Source: Roseovarius sp. (lineage in GTDB: Bacteria > Pseudomonadota > Alphaproteobacteria > Rhodobacterales > Rhodobacteraceae). Taken from it: a DNA stretch of 64,000 nt. This document shows, in pieces, positions 28,382 to 37,981 of this stretch. The translations under genes were made by a program, and so were the position numbers. The notes under the pieces are model-generated. The model saw nothing but the letters and a program-made list of their open reading frames with translations, was not told where the DNA came from and ran no database searches. Location of the stretch: contig DATCSR010000001.1 of NCBI GenBank assembly GCA_036568405.1, positions 34,684 to 98,683 on the forward strand, written 5' to 3'. The first letter of the stretch is position 1. Each line of letters starts with the position of its first letter.

Positions 28382-29781
28382 AGCGTCAACGCCGCAGGCA
28401 GCGCCGCCAGCAAGGCGCGCGCACCCATGCCGACGCCGCCCTTGGGCCTGGCGGGTGCAGCATTGGGGTTCCAGCCGTAGATGTCGAAATGTGCGTAGCG
28501 GGTGCCGGCCGAAAAGCGCCGCAGGAACAGCGCGGCGGTGATCGAGCCGGCAAAACCGCCCGATGGGGCATTGTCCAGATCAGCGATGCCAGGCTCAATC
28601 AGTGCCTCGTAGGGCGTGTGAAACGGCATGCGCCAGACCGGATCGGCGGCCTCGGCCGCGCCGGCCTCGATCGCGGCGACCAGATCCGCATCGTCTGCAT
28701 AATAGGGCGCAAGGTCCGGCCCGACGGCGACGCGCGCGGCGCCGGTCAGTGTCGCCATCGAGATCATCAGATCGGGCGCGCCCTCCGCGCCCAAGGTCAG
28801 CGCATCGGCCAGCACCAGACGGCCCTCGGCGTCGGTATTGTTGATCTCGATGGTCTTGCCATTGCGCGCAGTCAGGATATCGCCCGGCCGCATGGCATTG
28901 GCGCTGACCGCGTTTTCGACGGCCGGGATCAGTACGCGCAGACGCACCTTCAACTCAAGCGCCATGATCATATGCGCAAGGCCCAGAACCGTCGCGGCGC
29001 CGCCCATGTCCTTTTTCATCAACCCCATGCTGGTGCCGGTTTTCAGGTTCAGCCCGCCTGTGTCAAAGCAGACGCCCTTGCCCACCAGCGTCAGCGACGG
29101 GCCGCGATCCCCCCAGGTCATGTCGATCAGCCGCGGCGCGTTATCCGATGCGCGCCCGACGGCGTGGATCAACGGCAGGTTCTGCGTCAGCAGATCAGCC
29201 CCGGCGGTGACGGTAATGGCCGCACCGTGCCGGGCGGCGAGACTTGTGCAGGCGGCCTCCAACGCATCCGGCCCCATGTCATTGGCGGGCGTGTTGATCA
29301 GATCGCGGGTCAGCACCTCGCCCGCCGCGATCACCTCCAGCCGGGCGGCATCGACGCCGTCGGGCGCGATCAGCCGGGCGGATGCGCCCTTTTGCGTATG
29401 GTAGCGGTCAAAGCTGTAGCCGGCCAAGAGCCAACCCAGCGCCTCCTCCTCTGCGCGGGTGGGATCGAGGCCTTCAAGGCGATAGATCCCCTCGGGCAGC
29501 GCCGCCGCGGCGGCGGCCAGATGGAAGCGGCCACGCGCGCGGGTCTCGGCCGTGCCGTATCCGGCGAGCGCCATTTCGGCCGCGCCACCCGCACCCGGCA
29601 CCATCAGCACCTTGCCCAGCGCGGCGGCAAAGCCGTTCACGCGAACCCAGGTCCGCAGCCCCTTGGGGCGGTCCTTCAGCCAATCCTCCAGCTGATCCGC
29701 GTCAATCACATGCAGCGTCAGCGCATCATCCGCATCGGTCGCAAAAGCCGGTGGTTGCGCGGGCGTAAGGAGGCTGGACAT
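28378..29781 (-). CDS. M17 leucyl aminopeptidase family protein
   Basis: M17 signature NNTDAEGRLVLADAL plus VGKGVCFDTGGLNLK. Confidence 0.9.
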   Translation of the reverse strand: MSSLLTPAQPPAFATDADDALTLHVIDADQLEDWLKDRPKGLRTWVRVNGFAAALGKVLMVPGAGGAAEMALAGYGTAETRARGRFHLAAAAAALPEGIYRLEGLDPTRAEEEALGWLLAGYSFDRYHTQKGASARLIAPDGVDAARLEVIAAGEVLTRDLINTPANDMGPDALEAACTSLAARHGAAITVTAGADLLTQNLPLIHAVGRASDNAPRLIDMTWGDRGPSLTLVGKGVCFDTGGLNLKTGTSMGLMKKDMGGAATVLGLAHMIMALELKVRLRVLIPAVENAVSANAMRPGDILTARNGKTIEINNTDAEGRLVLADALTLGAEGAPDLMISMATLTGAARVAVGPDLAPYYADDADLVAAIEAGAAEAADPVWRMPFHTPYEALIEPGIADLDNAPSGGFAGSITAALFLRRFSAGTRYAHFDIYGWNPNAAPARPKGGVGMGARALLAALPAALTL

Positions 29782-29864
29782 CTGGCAGGACCTTTCTGGA
29801 GGCGGCGCAGCAGCGCCGACACGTTCAGCCCCAACCTAATAGCCTCGCCCCTGCCTGCAAGCCA

Positions 29865-30245
29865 TCAAATGGTCATGTCCTGCAGATCCCAGATCTCGCT
29901 CAGGCTCCGCTCGCCAATGCGCAAGAGCCGCGACAGCGTGGCAGCGGTCGCCACCGGATCACCGCCATCCACGCAGGCCACGACATCGGCCGCGACCCGC
30001 GCCAGCATGTGCATGCCGATCGGGTCCGCGATGACCACAAGACTGCGGGCCGATTTCCGCATATCGGCCAGCCGCCCCTCGCGGTGGCACCGCTCGGTAT
30101 GCGACAGGCGCACGGCCAATTCTTCCAGCGCGCGGCAGACGACATCTTCCGCCCCCGCTTCGCCCATTTGCGAGTACAGCTCTTCCAGGCGGTCCGGATT
30201 CAAGCGCACCACCTCTTCTTGTTTCAACATTGTTACCTGTTCCAC
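29865..30245 (-). CDS. Small all-helical hypothetical protein
   Basis: Strong G/C third-position bias in this frame and no competing gene. No motif I can name with confidence. An alternative start is at 30230. Confidence 0.55.
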   Translation of the reverse strand: MEQVTMLKQEEVVRLNPDRLEELYSQMGEAGAEDVVCRALEELAVRLSHTERCHREGRLADMRKSARSLVVIADPIGMHMLARVAADVVACVDGGDPVATAATLSRLLRIGERSLSEIWDLQDMTI

Positions 30246-30417
30246 GGTCTCACCCCGGTTTCATGACAATCCGCCCGGCATTCCCCAGCATGCCCGACCC
30301 CTGCAACTTGCGTCACAGACCTTCCCAAATGATTTCGACGAACGCATTTTATCACTCGAATTCGAAGCGAATACGGTCTATTCCAGATTGAGAGATATTC
30401 GCCGAGAGGACCGGACC

Positions 30418-31068
30418 TTGCATCAAGCGCGCGCCCTGCCGCCCTATCTGATACAGCGTTATCACGGATGGAAAGCGACCACTTACACCGAAAACGAAAG
30501 CTGGTATCGCACCCTTGCCCAAGAGGGGCAGCATCCGCGCGCGATGATGATTTCGTGCTGTGACAGCCGGGTACACGTCACGTCGATCTTCGGCGCCGAT
30601 CAGGGTGAATTCTTTATCCACCGAAATATTGCCAACCTCGTGCCGCCCTACACCACGGATGGCGGGCAGCACGGCACCTCGGCGGCGCTGGAATATGCGG
30701 TAAGCGTGCTGCACGTGGCACATGTGATCGTAATGGGCCACTCCAACTGCGGCGGGATCAAGGGCTGCGACGAGATGTGTTCAGGCAACGCGCCAGCGCT
30801 GGATGAGCCGGGCAGTTTTGTCGGGCGCTGGATTGACATTCTGCGCCCCGGCTACGAGCGTGTGGCTAATATTGCCGACGATACCGACCGTGCCCGCGCG
30901 CTGGAAAAGGAAGCCGTGCTGGTTTCGCTGGAAAACCTGACCAGCTTTCCCTTCGTGACCGACGCGATGCAAAGGGGCGTTCTGACCCTGCATGGTCTTT
31001 GGCTGGATATCGGCGAAGGCCGGGTCGAGCAATATAATCCCGCCACCAAGGGTTTTGCCCCGCTCTGA
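30418..31068 (+). CDS. Beta-class carbonic anhydrase
   Basis: SCCDSRV...HRNIANLV...MGHSNCGGI zinc-ligand motifs. There is no in-frame ATG upstream of the conserved N-terminus. TTG 30418 follows GAGAGGA at a 7-nt spacing. The start is uncertain. Confidence 0.85.
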   Translation: MHQARALPPYLIQRYHGWKATTYTENESWYRTLAQEGQHPRAMMISCCDSRVHVTSIFGADQGEFFIHRNIANLVPPYTTDGGQHGTSAALEYAVSVLHVAHVIVMGHSNCGGIKGCDEMCSGNAPALDEPGSFVGRWIDILRPGYERVANIADDTDRARALEKEAVLVSLENLTSFPFVTDAMQRGVLTLHGLWLDIGEGRVEQYNPATKGFAPL

Positions 31069-31090
31069 CGGGATACGCCCGCGACGCGGT

Positions 31091-31130
31091 AAAAAAGCCC
31101 TTGTGCCGAAACAGCGGCGCAAGGGCTTTT
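31091..31130. terminator. Bidirectional-looking intrinsic terminator after the carbonic anhydrase gene
   Basis: aaaaaa-gcccttgtgcc-(8 nt)-ggcgcaagggc-tttt. Confidence 0.6.
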
Positions 31131-31298
31131 CCATGAGTCGCAAAAAGGGCACTGGTTAACGCACAAAAGACCAGACCGGAACGGGCCTGAGGCGTGATCC
31201 CCGCATATGCGCAGGCAACCTTGCGCACGGATCGCGGGGCAAAAACACAAACGGAACCGGCCAAAAAAGCCGCCGAAAAAGATCGGCGCTGAATCCGC

Positions 31299-31643
31299 TT
31301 AGAACAGCGGGGCCAACTGCCGCGCGATGGTGCGCGTCACCGGGTCGATCTGAAGGGCGTAGGCCCCCACACGCTCGGCAGTAGAGCGGGACATCATCGC
31401 GTCGATCCGCGCCTGATATGCCAGATCACCGATTTGCATCAACACCAGCACCTTGAACCCGAAAAAGGCAGCAATCAGAATGGCCAGACCGCGAAGCGGC
31501 AGACGTGGCTTGCGGCGCTTTGGCCGGAACACGATCAAACCGTCGCGCCCCACCTTGGCCTCATAGCCGCGTGCCATGCGAAGATGGTTGCGCTTGACCT
31601 TCTTGATACGCGCGTCGAATCCTCTGTCTGACGTCATGGACAT
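31299..31643 (-). CDS. Small basic single-pass membrane protein, function unknown
   Basis: GGAAG RBS lies 5 nt before ATG 31643. One TM segment (LRGLAILIAAFFGFKVLVLMQI). Codon bias is coding-like. Confidence 0.6.
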   Translation of the reverse strand: MSMTSDRGFDARIKKVKRNHLRMARGYEAKVGRDGLIVFRPKRRKPRLPLRGLAILIAAFFGFKVLVLMQIGDLAYQARIDAMMSRSTAERVGAYALQIDPVTRTIARQLAPLF

Positions 31644-31677
31644 GGCAGCTTCCAGTTTCCCGGCCTCCGATAAATCG

Positions 31678-31692
31678 TTAATAAAAAGTTAA
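31678..31692. promoter_or_regulatory. Full CtrA-box-like motif TTAA-N7-TTAA(G)
   Basis: ttaa-taaaaag-ttaag read directly, 35 nt upstream of the start codon at 31643. Confidence 0.4.
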
Positions 31693-31710
31693 GATCGAAT
31701 TGTGTTCAGA

Positions 31711-31728
31711 TTGGGGCAACTGCCCCAA
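31711..31728 (-). terminator. Hairpin just downstream of prmA
   Basis: ttggggc-aact-gccccaa (7-bp stem). No clear T-tract. Confidence 0.35.
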
Positions 31729-31739
31729 TCTCGCTATAT

Positions 31740-32624
31740 TTAAGTGCTTTTTTCGACAGTTTTCCGCAATGTGAGCGTTGTCCAATCACCAATCACCTGA
31801 CGTTCAATCAGACTGTTTCCAGCATCGAGATAAACCCCAAGCACCTCATCGGCCTGCTCATTCAGGATGCCGGACAGAATCACATGACCGCCGGGGGCCA
31901 ATCGCCGTGTCAGACCCGGTGCGAGGTCGATGAGCGGCCCCTTCAGGATATTGGCAAAGACCAGATCAAAGGGGGCGGCGGTCTCCAGCGCGGGGTGATC
32001 CAGACCCGCCGCGATGAGGCAGGACACCCGCCCCTCCAGATCGTTGGCAGCGATGTTGACGCGGGCCACATCCACCGCCACCGGATCAATATCGCTGGCC
32101 AGCATGACGTCCGGCCAGATTCGCGCGGCGGCCATCGCCAGCACGGCGGTGCCGCAACCGATATCGACCACGGAACGCGCAGTGACGCCGGAAGTGGCCA
32201 GATGGTCCAGCGCGCGCAGGCAGCCCTGCGTCGTGCCGTGATGCCCGGTGCCAAAGGCCATCGCCGCCTCGATCAGCAGCGGCACGGCATCATCCGGCAC
32301 CTTGTCCGCATCGTGGCTGCCATAGACGAAAAACCGGCCCGCCACGACCGGCGTCAGCTCGCGTTTGACATGGGCGACCCAGTCGGTATCGGGCACTTCG
32401 GAGACCGCGAAAGGGCGCGCGCCGTAGATCTTTGCCAGCAGGGCAAGGCCCGCGATATCGGGGCGATCCTCGAAATAGGCGCCGACCTCCCAGGTGCCGC
32501 TGCCGTCCTCGACCTCGAACGTGCCGATGCCTGTCGGCTCGGGCGTGACATCGTCCAATGCATCTGCCAACGCCTCGGCGGCGGTCTGGCCCTGCAGGGT
32601 CGTGAGGGCGGTGTAGGTGGTCAT
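31740..32624 (-). CDS. prmA: Ribosomal protein L11 methyltransferase
   Basis: FGTGHHGTTQGCL and DIGCGTAVLAMAA SAM-binding motifs. Internal ATG 32624 gives MTTYTALTTLQG. Confidence 0.9.
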   Translation of the reverse strand: MTTYTALTTLQGQTAAEALADALDDVTPEPTGIGTFEVEDGSGTWEVGAYFEDRPDIAGLALLAKIYGARPFAVSEVPDTDWVAHVKRELTPVVAGRFFVYGSHDADKVPDDAVPLLIEAAMAFGTGHHGTTQGCLRALDHLATSGVTARSVVDIGCGTAVLAMAAARIWPDVMLASDIDPVAVDVARVNIAANDLEGRVSCLIAAGLDHPALETAAPFDLVFANILKGPLIDLAPGLTRRLAPGGHVILSGILNEQADEVLGVYLDAGNSLIERQVIGDWTTLTLRKTVEKST

Positions 32625-32652
32625 GCGCGGGCCTTTTCGGTTGGCGCGCCCC

Positions 32653-33885
32653 TTACTCGGCCAGAACCGGGGTGGAGCGTGACAGGATGGTCTCATAGCC
32701 CGGCGCCGGATGGCGCGGGATGAGCATCGCCAATAGCAGCGATATCCCTGCCATGCCAGCGGCCAGCAAAAACACCCCGGCGGGCGACACCAGCCACAGA
32801 TAGCCCAGCAGCGCGGGCAGGAACACCGCCGCGATATGGTTGATCGTGAACGCGACGGCGGCGGTGGGGGCGATATCGCCGGGATCGGCGATCTTCTGGA
32901 AATAGGTTTTCAGCGCCAGCGCCAGCGCGAACAGCAAGTGATCCACGACATAAAGCGTCGCCGCCAGCAGCACGCCCCAGCCGAACATGTAGATGCCGCC
33001 ATAGGCCAGAAACACGATCATCAGCCCGGCATATTCAAAGATCAGCGTGCTGCGTTCGCCAAACCGGGCGACCGCGCGGCCCATCAGCGGGGCACAGATC
33101 ATGTTGGCCACAAGGTTGATCATGAACAGCGCCGTTACCTCATGCACGGCAAAGCCGAACTTTTCGACCATCATGAACCCGGCAAAGACGATAAAGATCT
33201 GCCGCCGCGCGCCCGCCATGAATTGAAGCAGATAATACAGCCAATAGCGGCGGCGCAGGATCATCTTTTTCAGCTGCGGATTGGGCGCCTCGAACTGCGG
33301 ATAGGCGATGAGAGCAAAGATTGCGATGGCTGCCGTTGTCCCGCCCGAAAGCATATAGACAATGGTGTAGGTCAGGCCCAAAGGCTCCCACAGGAGCACG
33401 ATCAGGCCGTAACAGACCAGCGTCGCGCCCGATCCGGCGGCCAGCAACCAGCCCAGCGTTTGGGGCGCGCGGGCGCGGTCGATCCATTGCAGTTGCAGCG
33501 ATTGGTTGACCGTCTCGTAATAGTGAAACCCGATCGAGCTGAGCATCGTGATCGTCAGAATGCCGCCCATGGTGGGGAAATGCGCGGTCAGGCCGGTGGC
33601 GACGCCCAGCAGGATCAGCGACACCAGCGCCAGCACCTGTTCGCGCACGAAGATGATGATCGCGATGACACCGATGGCGAAAAAGCCGGGGATTTCGCGG
33701 ACGGTGTGCAGCCAGCCAATGTCATGTCCGTCGAACTGCGCCACCTCGATAACGAAATTGTTCAGTAGCGCCGACCATGTGGCAAAGGCGATCGGCATCG
33801 CCGCTGCCATCAGGAACAGCAGGGTGCGCGGGCGGCGCCAAAGCGGCATCTGGCGCGCTTCGCCAATGGGAACGGTGCGTGTCAT
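32653..33885 (-). CDS. MFS-type transporter (about 12 TM segments)
   Basis: Hydrophobicity pattern with a central loop (LKKMILRRRYWLYY). Family-level call only. Confidence 0.6.
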   Translation of the reverse strand: MTRTVPIGEARQMPLWRRPRTLLFLMAAAMPIAFATWSALLNNFVIEVAQFDGHDIGWLHTVREIPGFFAIGVIAIIIFVREQVLALVSLILLGVATGLTAHFPTMGGILTITMLSSIGFHYYETVNQSLQLQWIDRARAPQTLGWLLAAGSGATLVCYGLIVLLWEPLGLTYTIVYMLSGGTTAAIAIFALIAYPQFEAPNPQLKKMILRRRYWLYYLLQFMAGARRQIFIVFAGFMMVEKFGFAVHEVTALFMINLVANMICAPLMGRAVARFGERSTLIFEYAGLMIVFLAYGGIYMFGWGVLLAATLYVVDHLLFALALALKTYFQKIADPGDIAPTAAVAFTINHIAAVFLPALLGYLWLVSPAGVFLLAAGMAGISLLLAMLIPRHPAPGYETILSRSTPVLAE

Positions 33886-33956
33886 TGCTTTGGTTTACGC
33901 CCGGGGGCGTCTTTTGGCGAGGGGAATGTGCCTGCCCCGCGCCGCCGCGCAGGGCG

Positions 33957-34850
33957 TCATTTCGCGCCGATGCGGCGGCTTCGCCAGAGGATGAATATCC
34001 CCGATGCCACGATCAGTCCCGAACCGATCAGCATCGAGGCGCTCAGCCGCTCCCCGAACAGCACAACGCCGAGGGCGATGCCGAACAGCAGCCGCGTGTA
34101 TCGGAACGGCGTGACCGCCGACACCTCGCCGGTGCGCATCGCCTTCATCAGAAACGCATAGGCGATGGTGCCAGATGCAATCGCCCCGACCAGCCACAGC
34201 GACGCCCGGAGGTCCGGGCGCACGAATGCCTCAAGGCTCCATCCGGAATAAAGCACGCCGGCAAGGGCGATCGCCAGAAATCCGTACAGGCCGAGGATCG
34301 ACGTGCTGATCGCGGCAGGCGCGGCGCGGCTGGCCAGATCGCGCCCGGCAAAGCCGATCATCCCGACAAGCGCCAGTATCGACAGGGGTGAAAAAGCGTC
34401 TGCACCGGGCTGGATGATGACGACGACGCCCGCCATGCCGATCAGAATTGCGGTCCATCGCCGCCAGCCCACGCTTTCGCCAAAGACCAGCGCCGCCCCC
34501 GCCACGACGACCAGCGGGGTCGCCTGCAGGATCACCGTGGCCGATGACAGCGGCGTCAATGCAATGGCCAGCACGTAAAAGAGCCGGCCCATGATTTCGA
34601 ACAGCACGCGGATACGCATCGGGCGCGACACGACCTCGCGCTGAAACAGCGGCTGGCCCCGCCCCATCAGCAGGCCCGCAAAGACCAGCGCACCGCCCAG
34701 CCCGAAAAGGATCAGGATCTCGCCCACCGGCACGGTGCGCGATGCGGCCTTGACGAAGGCATCCTCGACGGCGAACAGAGCCATTGCGCAGATCATCCAG
34801 ACGCTGCCCAGTATATTCGCGCGTCTGCCGGCCAGAACAGGGATGCTCAT
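33957..34850 (-). CDS. DMT-superfamily (EamA-like) transporter
   Basis: Ten-TM pattern in two EamA-like halves. Internal ATG 34850 gives MSIPVLAGRRANILGSVWMI. Confidence 0.75.
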   Translation of the reverse strand: MSIPVLAGRRANILGSVWMICAMALFAVEDAFVKAASRTVPVGEILILFGLGGALVFAGLLMGRGQPLFQREVVSRPMRIRVLFEIMGRLFYVLAIALTPLSSATVILQATPLVVVAGAALVFGESVGWRRWTAILIGMAGVVVIIQPGADAFSPLSILALVGMIGFAGRDLASRAAPAAISTSILGLYGFLAIALAGVLYSGWSLEAFVRPDLRASLWLVGAIASGTIAYAFLMKAMRTGEVSAVTPFRYTRLLFGIALGVVLFGERLSASMLIGSGLIVASGIFILWRSRRIGAK

Positions 34851-34940
34851 AGGATGTCCATAATCGGCGCCCTTGATGCGCGCGCCCAATGCATGAGGGA
34901 CCGCGAGCAGCCCGTCAATGGCGGCGTATACGCGGCGGCG

Positions 34941-37139
34941 TCAGTAAAAACTTTGCGGGTCGATATCGACGCTGAGGCGCAGCGCATTTGGTATCCGTTG
35001 CCGTCCGATCCATTCGGCCAGCGCCGGTTGCAGCGCCGCGCCCTTCGGCGCTTTGACCAGCAGCCGCACGCGGTGGCGGCCCCGCACGCGGGCAATAGGC
35101 GCGGGCGCCGGGCCATAGACCTGCGCGCCGATCTGGCGCAGGGGGGCGTCTGATCGCGCCAGAGCCGTGCCCAGATCAAAGGTCTGCTGCATATCCGGCC
35201 CGCTGAGGATAATGCCCGCCATGCGCCCGAAGGGCGGCACGCCCGCGTGCCTGCGCTCTTCGGCCTCGGCGCGCCAGAAGCCTTCCTCGTCCCCCGACAG
35301 GATCGCGCGGATAACGGGGTGTTCGGGCTGAAAGGTCTGCAGCATCGCCGTGCCCGGCTTGTCCGCGCGCCCTGCCCGGCCCGCGACCTGCCGCATCAGC
35401 TGAAATGTCCGCTCGGCGGCGCGCAGATCGGAGCCTTGCAGGCCGAGGTCCGCGTCGATCACGCCCACCAGCGTCAGCAGCGGGAAATTGTGCCCCTTCG
35501 CCACCAGCTGCGTGCCGATGATGATGTCGGCCTCGCCCTCCGCGATGGCGCGGATCTGCTCCTTCAGCGCGCGGGAACTGGCAAACATATCGGAGCTGAG
35601 CGTAGCAACGCGCGCATCGGGAAACAGGGCCGCTGCCTCCTCGCCCAGCCTTTCCACACCGGGGCCGACCGGGGCCAGCTTGCCCTCGACCTCGCAGGCG
35701 GGGCATTTGTCGGGCATCGGCTTTGTCTCACCGCATTGGTGGCACATCAGACGCTTTTGAAAGCGGTGCTCGACCATCCGCGCGTCACAATGATCGCAGC
35801 CGATCTGATGCCCGCAGGCGCGGCAGATCGTGACAGGGGCATAGCCGCGCCGGTTGATGAAGAGCAGCGACTGTTCGCCCTTTTCAATGCGCTGCGCGAC
35901 CGCCGATTGCAGCGTGGGGGATATCCAGCGATTTCCGGGCAGGTCTTCGCTGCGCATATCAATAGCGCGGACCTCTGGCATGACCGCGACGCCGAACCGG
36001 GCCTTCAGATCGAGCCGCGTGTATTTGCCCGCCTCGGCGTTTACCCATGTCTCAAGGCTGGGCGTGGCCGAAGCCAGCACCACCTGCGCGCCGCAGATAG
36101 ACGCGCGCAGAACGGCCATGTCGCGGGCATTATAGAGCACGCCGTCCTCTTGTTTATAGGAGGTATCGTGCTCTTCATCGACGACGATCAGCCCCAGATC
36201 GCGGAACGGCAGGAACAGGGCGGAGCGCGCCCCGACGACCAGCTGCGCACCGCCCTCGCCCACCATGCGCCAGCAGCGGCGCCGTTCGGTCATGGTGACG
36301 CCCGAATGCCACTCAGCCGGTCTTGCGCCGAAACGGGCCTCTACACGGGTCAGGAATTCGGCGGTCAGTGCGATCTCGGGCAGCAGCACCAGCGCCTGTC
36401 GACCCATCCGCAGGGTGCTGGCGACGGCCTCCAGATAGACCTCGGTCTTGCCCGATCCGGTGACGCCGCGCAGCAGGGTCGTGCCGTAGGTCCCTGTCCG
36501 AATGGCGGTGTCCAGCGTCGCGGCGCAACTGGCCTGATCCTCGGTCAGATCCTTGGACGGAATCGCCGGATCAAGCCGCCGGTAAGGCGTGTCGCGGGGG
36601 GTATCAACCTCGTCCACCGCGCCCTGTTTCACCAGCCCCTTGATGACCGAGGATGTGACGCCCGCCTCCTCCGACAGCTCTTTCAGCGTGAACGCCTGAT
36701 CGCCCTGCCCCTCCAGCACGTCCAGCACGCGCTGGCGCGCATCGGTCACGCGCGACGGCTCGGAATAGCCCAGCCGGTAGACCTTGCGCATCGACGGCGG
36801 ATCGCCCAGCCCCGGTGCGCGGGTGGCAAGGCGCAGCATCGCGGTCATCGGCGTCAGGGTGTAGGCGGCCGCGCGCTGAAGAAACTCGCGCATTTCCTCT
36901 GCCATCGGCGCCACATCCAGCACGCGGATGATGGGGCGCACCTTTGCCAGATCATAGCCCCCCTCACCCGGCCCCCAGACGACGCCCAACACCTTGCGCG
37001 GGCCCAGCGGCACCTCGACGAAAGCACCGGGAAAACAGCCGCCCTCGGGCGCGCGGTAGTCCAGCACGCGGTCCAGCGGCTGCGCGGTCAGAACGCCGAC
37101 CAGCGCACCAGCGTCATAGAATTCGGGGGCAGCGGTCAC
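34941..37139 (-). CDS. priA: Primosomal replication-restart helicase PriA
   Basis: Walker [17 protein letters not shown] box, and Cys-rich zinc insertion ([17 protein letters not shown]...CHQCG...CPAC). Confidence 0.95.
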   Translation of the reverse strand: MTAAPEFYDAGALVGVLTAQPLDRVLDYRAPEGGCFPGAFVEVPLGPRKVLGVVWGPGEGGYDLAKVRPIIRVLDVAPMAEEMREFLQRAAAYTLTPMTAMLRLATRAPGLGDPPSMRKVYRLGYSEPSRVTDARQRVLDVLEGQGDQAFTLKELSEEAGVTSSVIKGLVKQGAVDEVDTPRDTPYRRLDPAIPSKDLTEDQASCAATLDTAIRTGTYGTTLLRGVTGSGKTEVYLEAVASTLRMGRQALVLLPEIALTAEFLTRVEARFGARPAEWHSGVTMTERRRCWRMVGEGGAQLVVGARSALFLPFRDLGLIVVDEEHDTSYKQEDGVLYNARDMAVLRASICGAQVVLASATPSLETWVNAEAGKYTRLDLKARFGVAVMPEVRAIDMRSEDLPGNRWISPTLQSAVAQRIEKGEQSLLFINRRGYAPVTICRACGHQIGCDHCDARMVEHRFQKRLMCHQCGETKPMPDKCPACEVEGKLAPVGPGVERLGEEAAALFPDARVATLSSDMFASSRALKEQIRAIAEGEADIIIGTQLVAKGHNFPLLTLVGVIDADLGLQGSDLRAAERTFQLMRQVAGRAGRADKPGTAMLQTFQPEHPVIRAILSGDEEGFWRAEAEERRHAGVPPFGRMAGIILSGPDMQQTFDLGTALARSDAPLRQIGAQVYGPAPAPIARVRGRHRVRLLVKAPKGAALQPALAEWIGRQRIPNALRLSVDIDPQSFY

Positions 37140-37231
37140 GCGCGCAGGCTCCTTTCCGGGGTTTCACGGGGATCGCCCATGGGATAGACGATGGCCAAGC
37201 AAACTCCAATCCACCAAGAAGGGCTGCCGCC

Positions 37232-37885
37232 ATGAAATTTTTCGTCGACACCGCCGAAGTTGACCAAATCGCCGAGTTGAACGACCTGGGCATGGTCGAC
37301 GGGGTCACGACCAACCCGTCGCTGATCCTGAAATCGGGCCGCGACATTCTGGAAGTCACCCGCGAAATCGCGGGCATGGTCGATGGCCCCGTCAGCGCCG
37401 AAGTGGTCGCGCTGGACGCGGATGCCATGATCGAGGAAGGCCGCAAGCTGGCGCAGATCGCGGGCAACATCGCGGTCAAGGTGCCGCTGACATGGGCGGG
37501 CCTCAAGGCATGCAAGGCGCTGACGGATGAGGGCAACATGGTCAACGTGACGCTCTGCTTCTCGGCCAATCAGGCGCTGCTGGCGGCGAAGGCCGGCGCG
37601 ACCTTCATCAGCCCGTTCATCGGACGGCTGGACGATATCAACCTCGACGGGATGGAGCTGATCTCGGACATCCGCCAGATCTATGACAACTACGGCTACG
37701 AGACGCAGATCCTCGCCGCGTCGATCCGCACGGTGAACCACGCCTATCAGGCCGCGCTGATCGGTGCCGACGTGATGACCGCGCCGCCCGCCGTGATCAA
37801 GAAGATGGCCGATCACCCGCTGACCGATGCGGGGCTGGACCAGTTCATGAAGGATTGGGCCAAGACTGGGCAGAAGATCGTCTGA
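37232..37885 (+). CDS. tal: Transaldolase / fructose-6-phosphate aldolase (short type 3B)
   Basis: [32 protein letters not shown]... and the Schiff-base Lys region IAVKVPLT. Confidence 0.9.
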   Translation: MKFFVDTAEVDQIAELNDLGMVDGVTTNPSLILKSGRDILEVTREIAGMVDGPVSAEVVALDADAMIEEGRKLAQIAGNIAVKVPLTWAGLKACKALTDEGNMVNVTLCFSANQALLAAKAGATFISPFIGRLDDINLDGMELISDIRQIYDNYGYETQILAASIRTVNHAYQAALIGADVMTAPPAVIKKMADHPLTDAGLDQFMKDWAKTGQKIV

Positions 37886-37981
37886 TTCGAGACGAGCAAT
37901 CGACCCGGCGCCCGGTGGAGTGATCCGCCGGGCGTTTCCATGACCGTTCGAAGCGTCGCTGCCTAAGTCCATCCGGACTGC

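Noticed and set aside
28330-30417. The first two-thirds of the 912-aa ORF 28330..31068
   Set aside because: This part is antisense to the M17 peptidase and the small orphan gene and has shadow-ORF composition. Only the last 216 or so codons (beta-carbonic anhydrase, from TTG 30418) carry real motifs.
35247-37187. 646-aa ORF antisense to priA
   Set aside because: Shadow ORF. PriA motifs on the minus strand are unambiguous.
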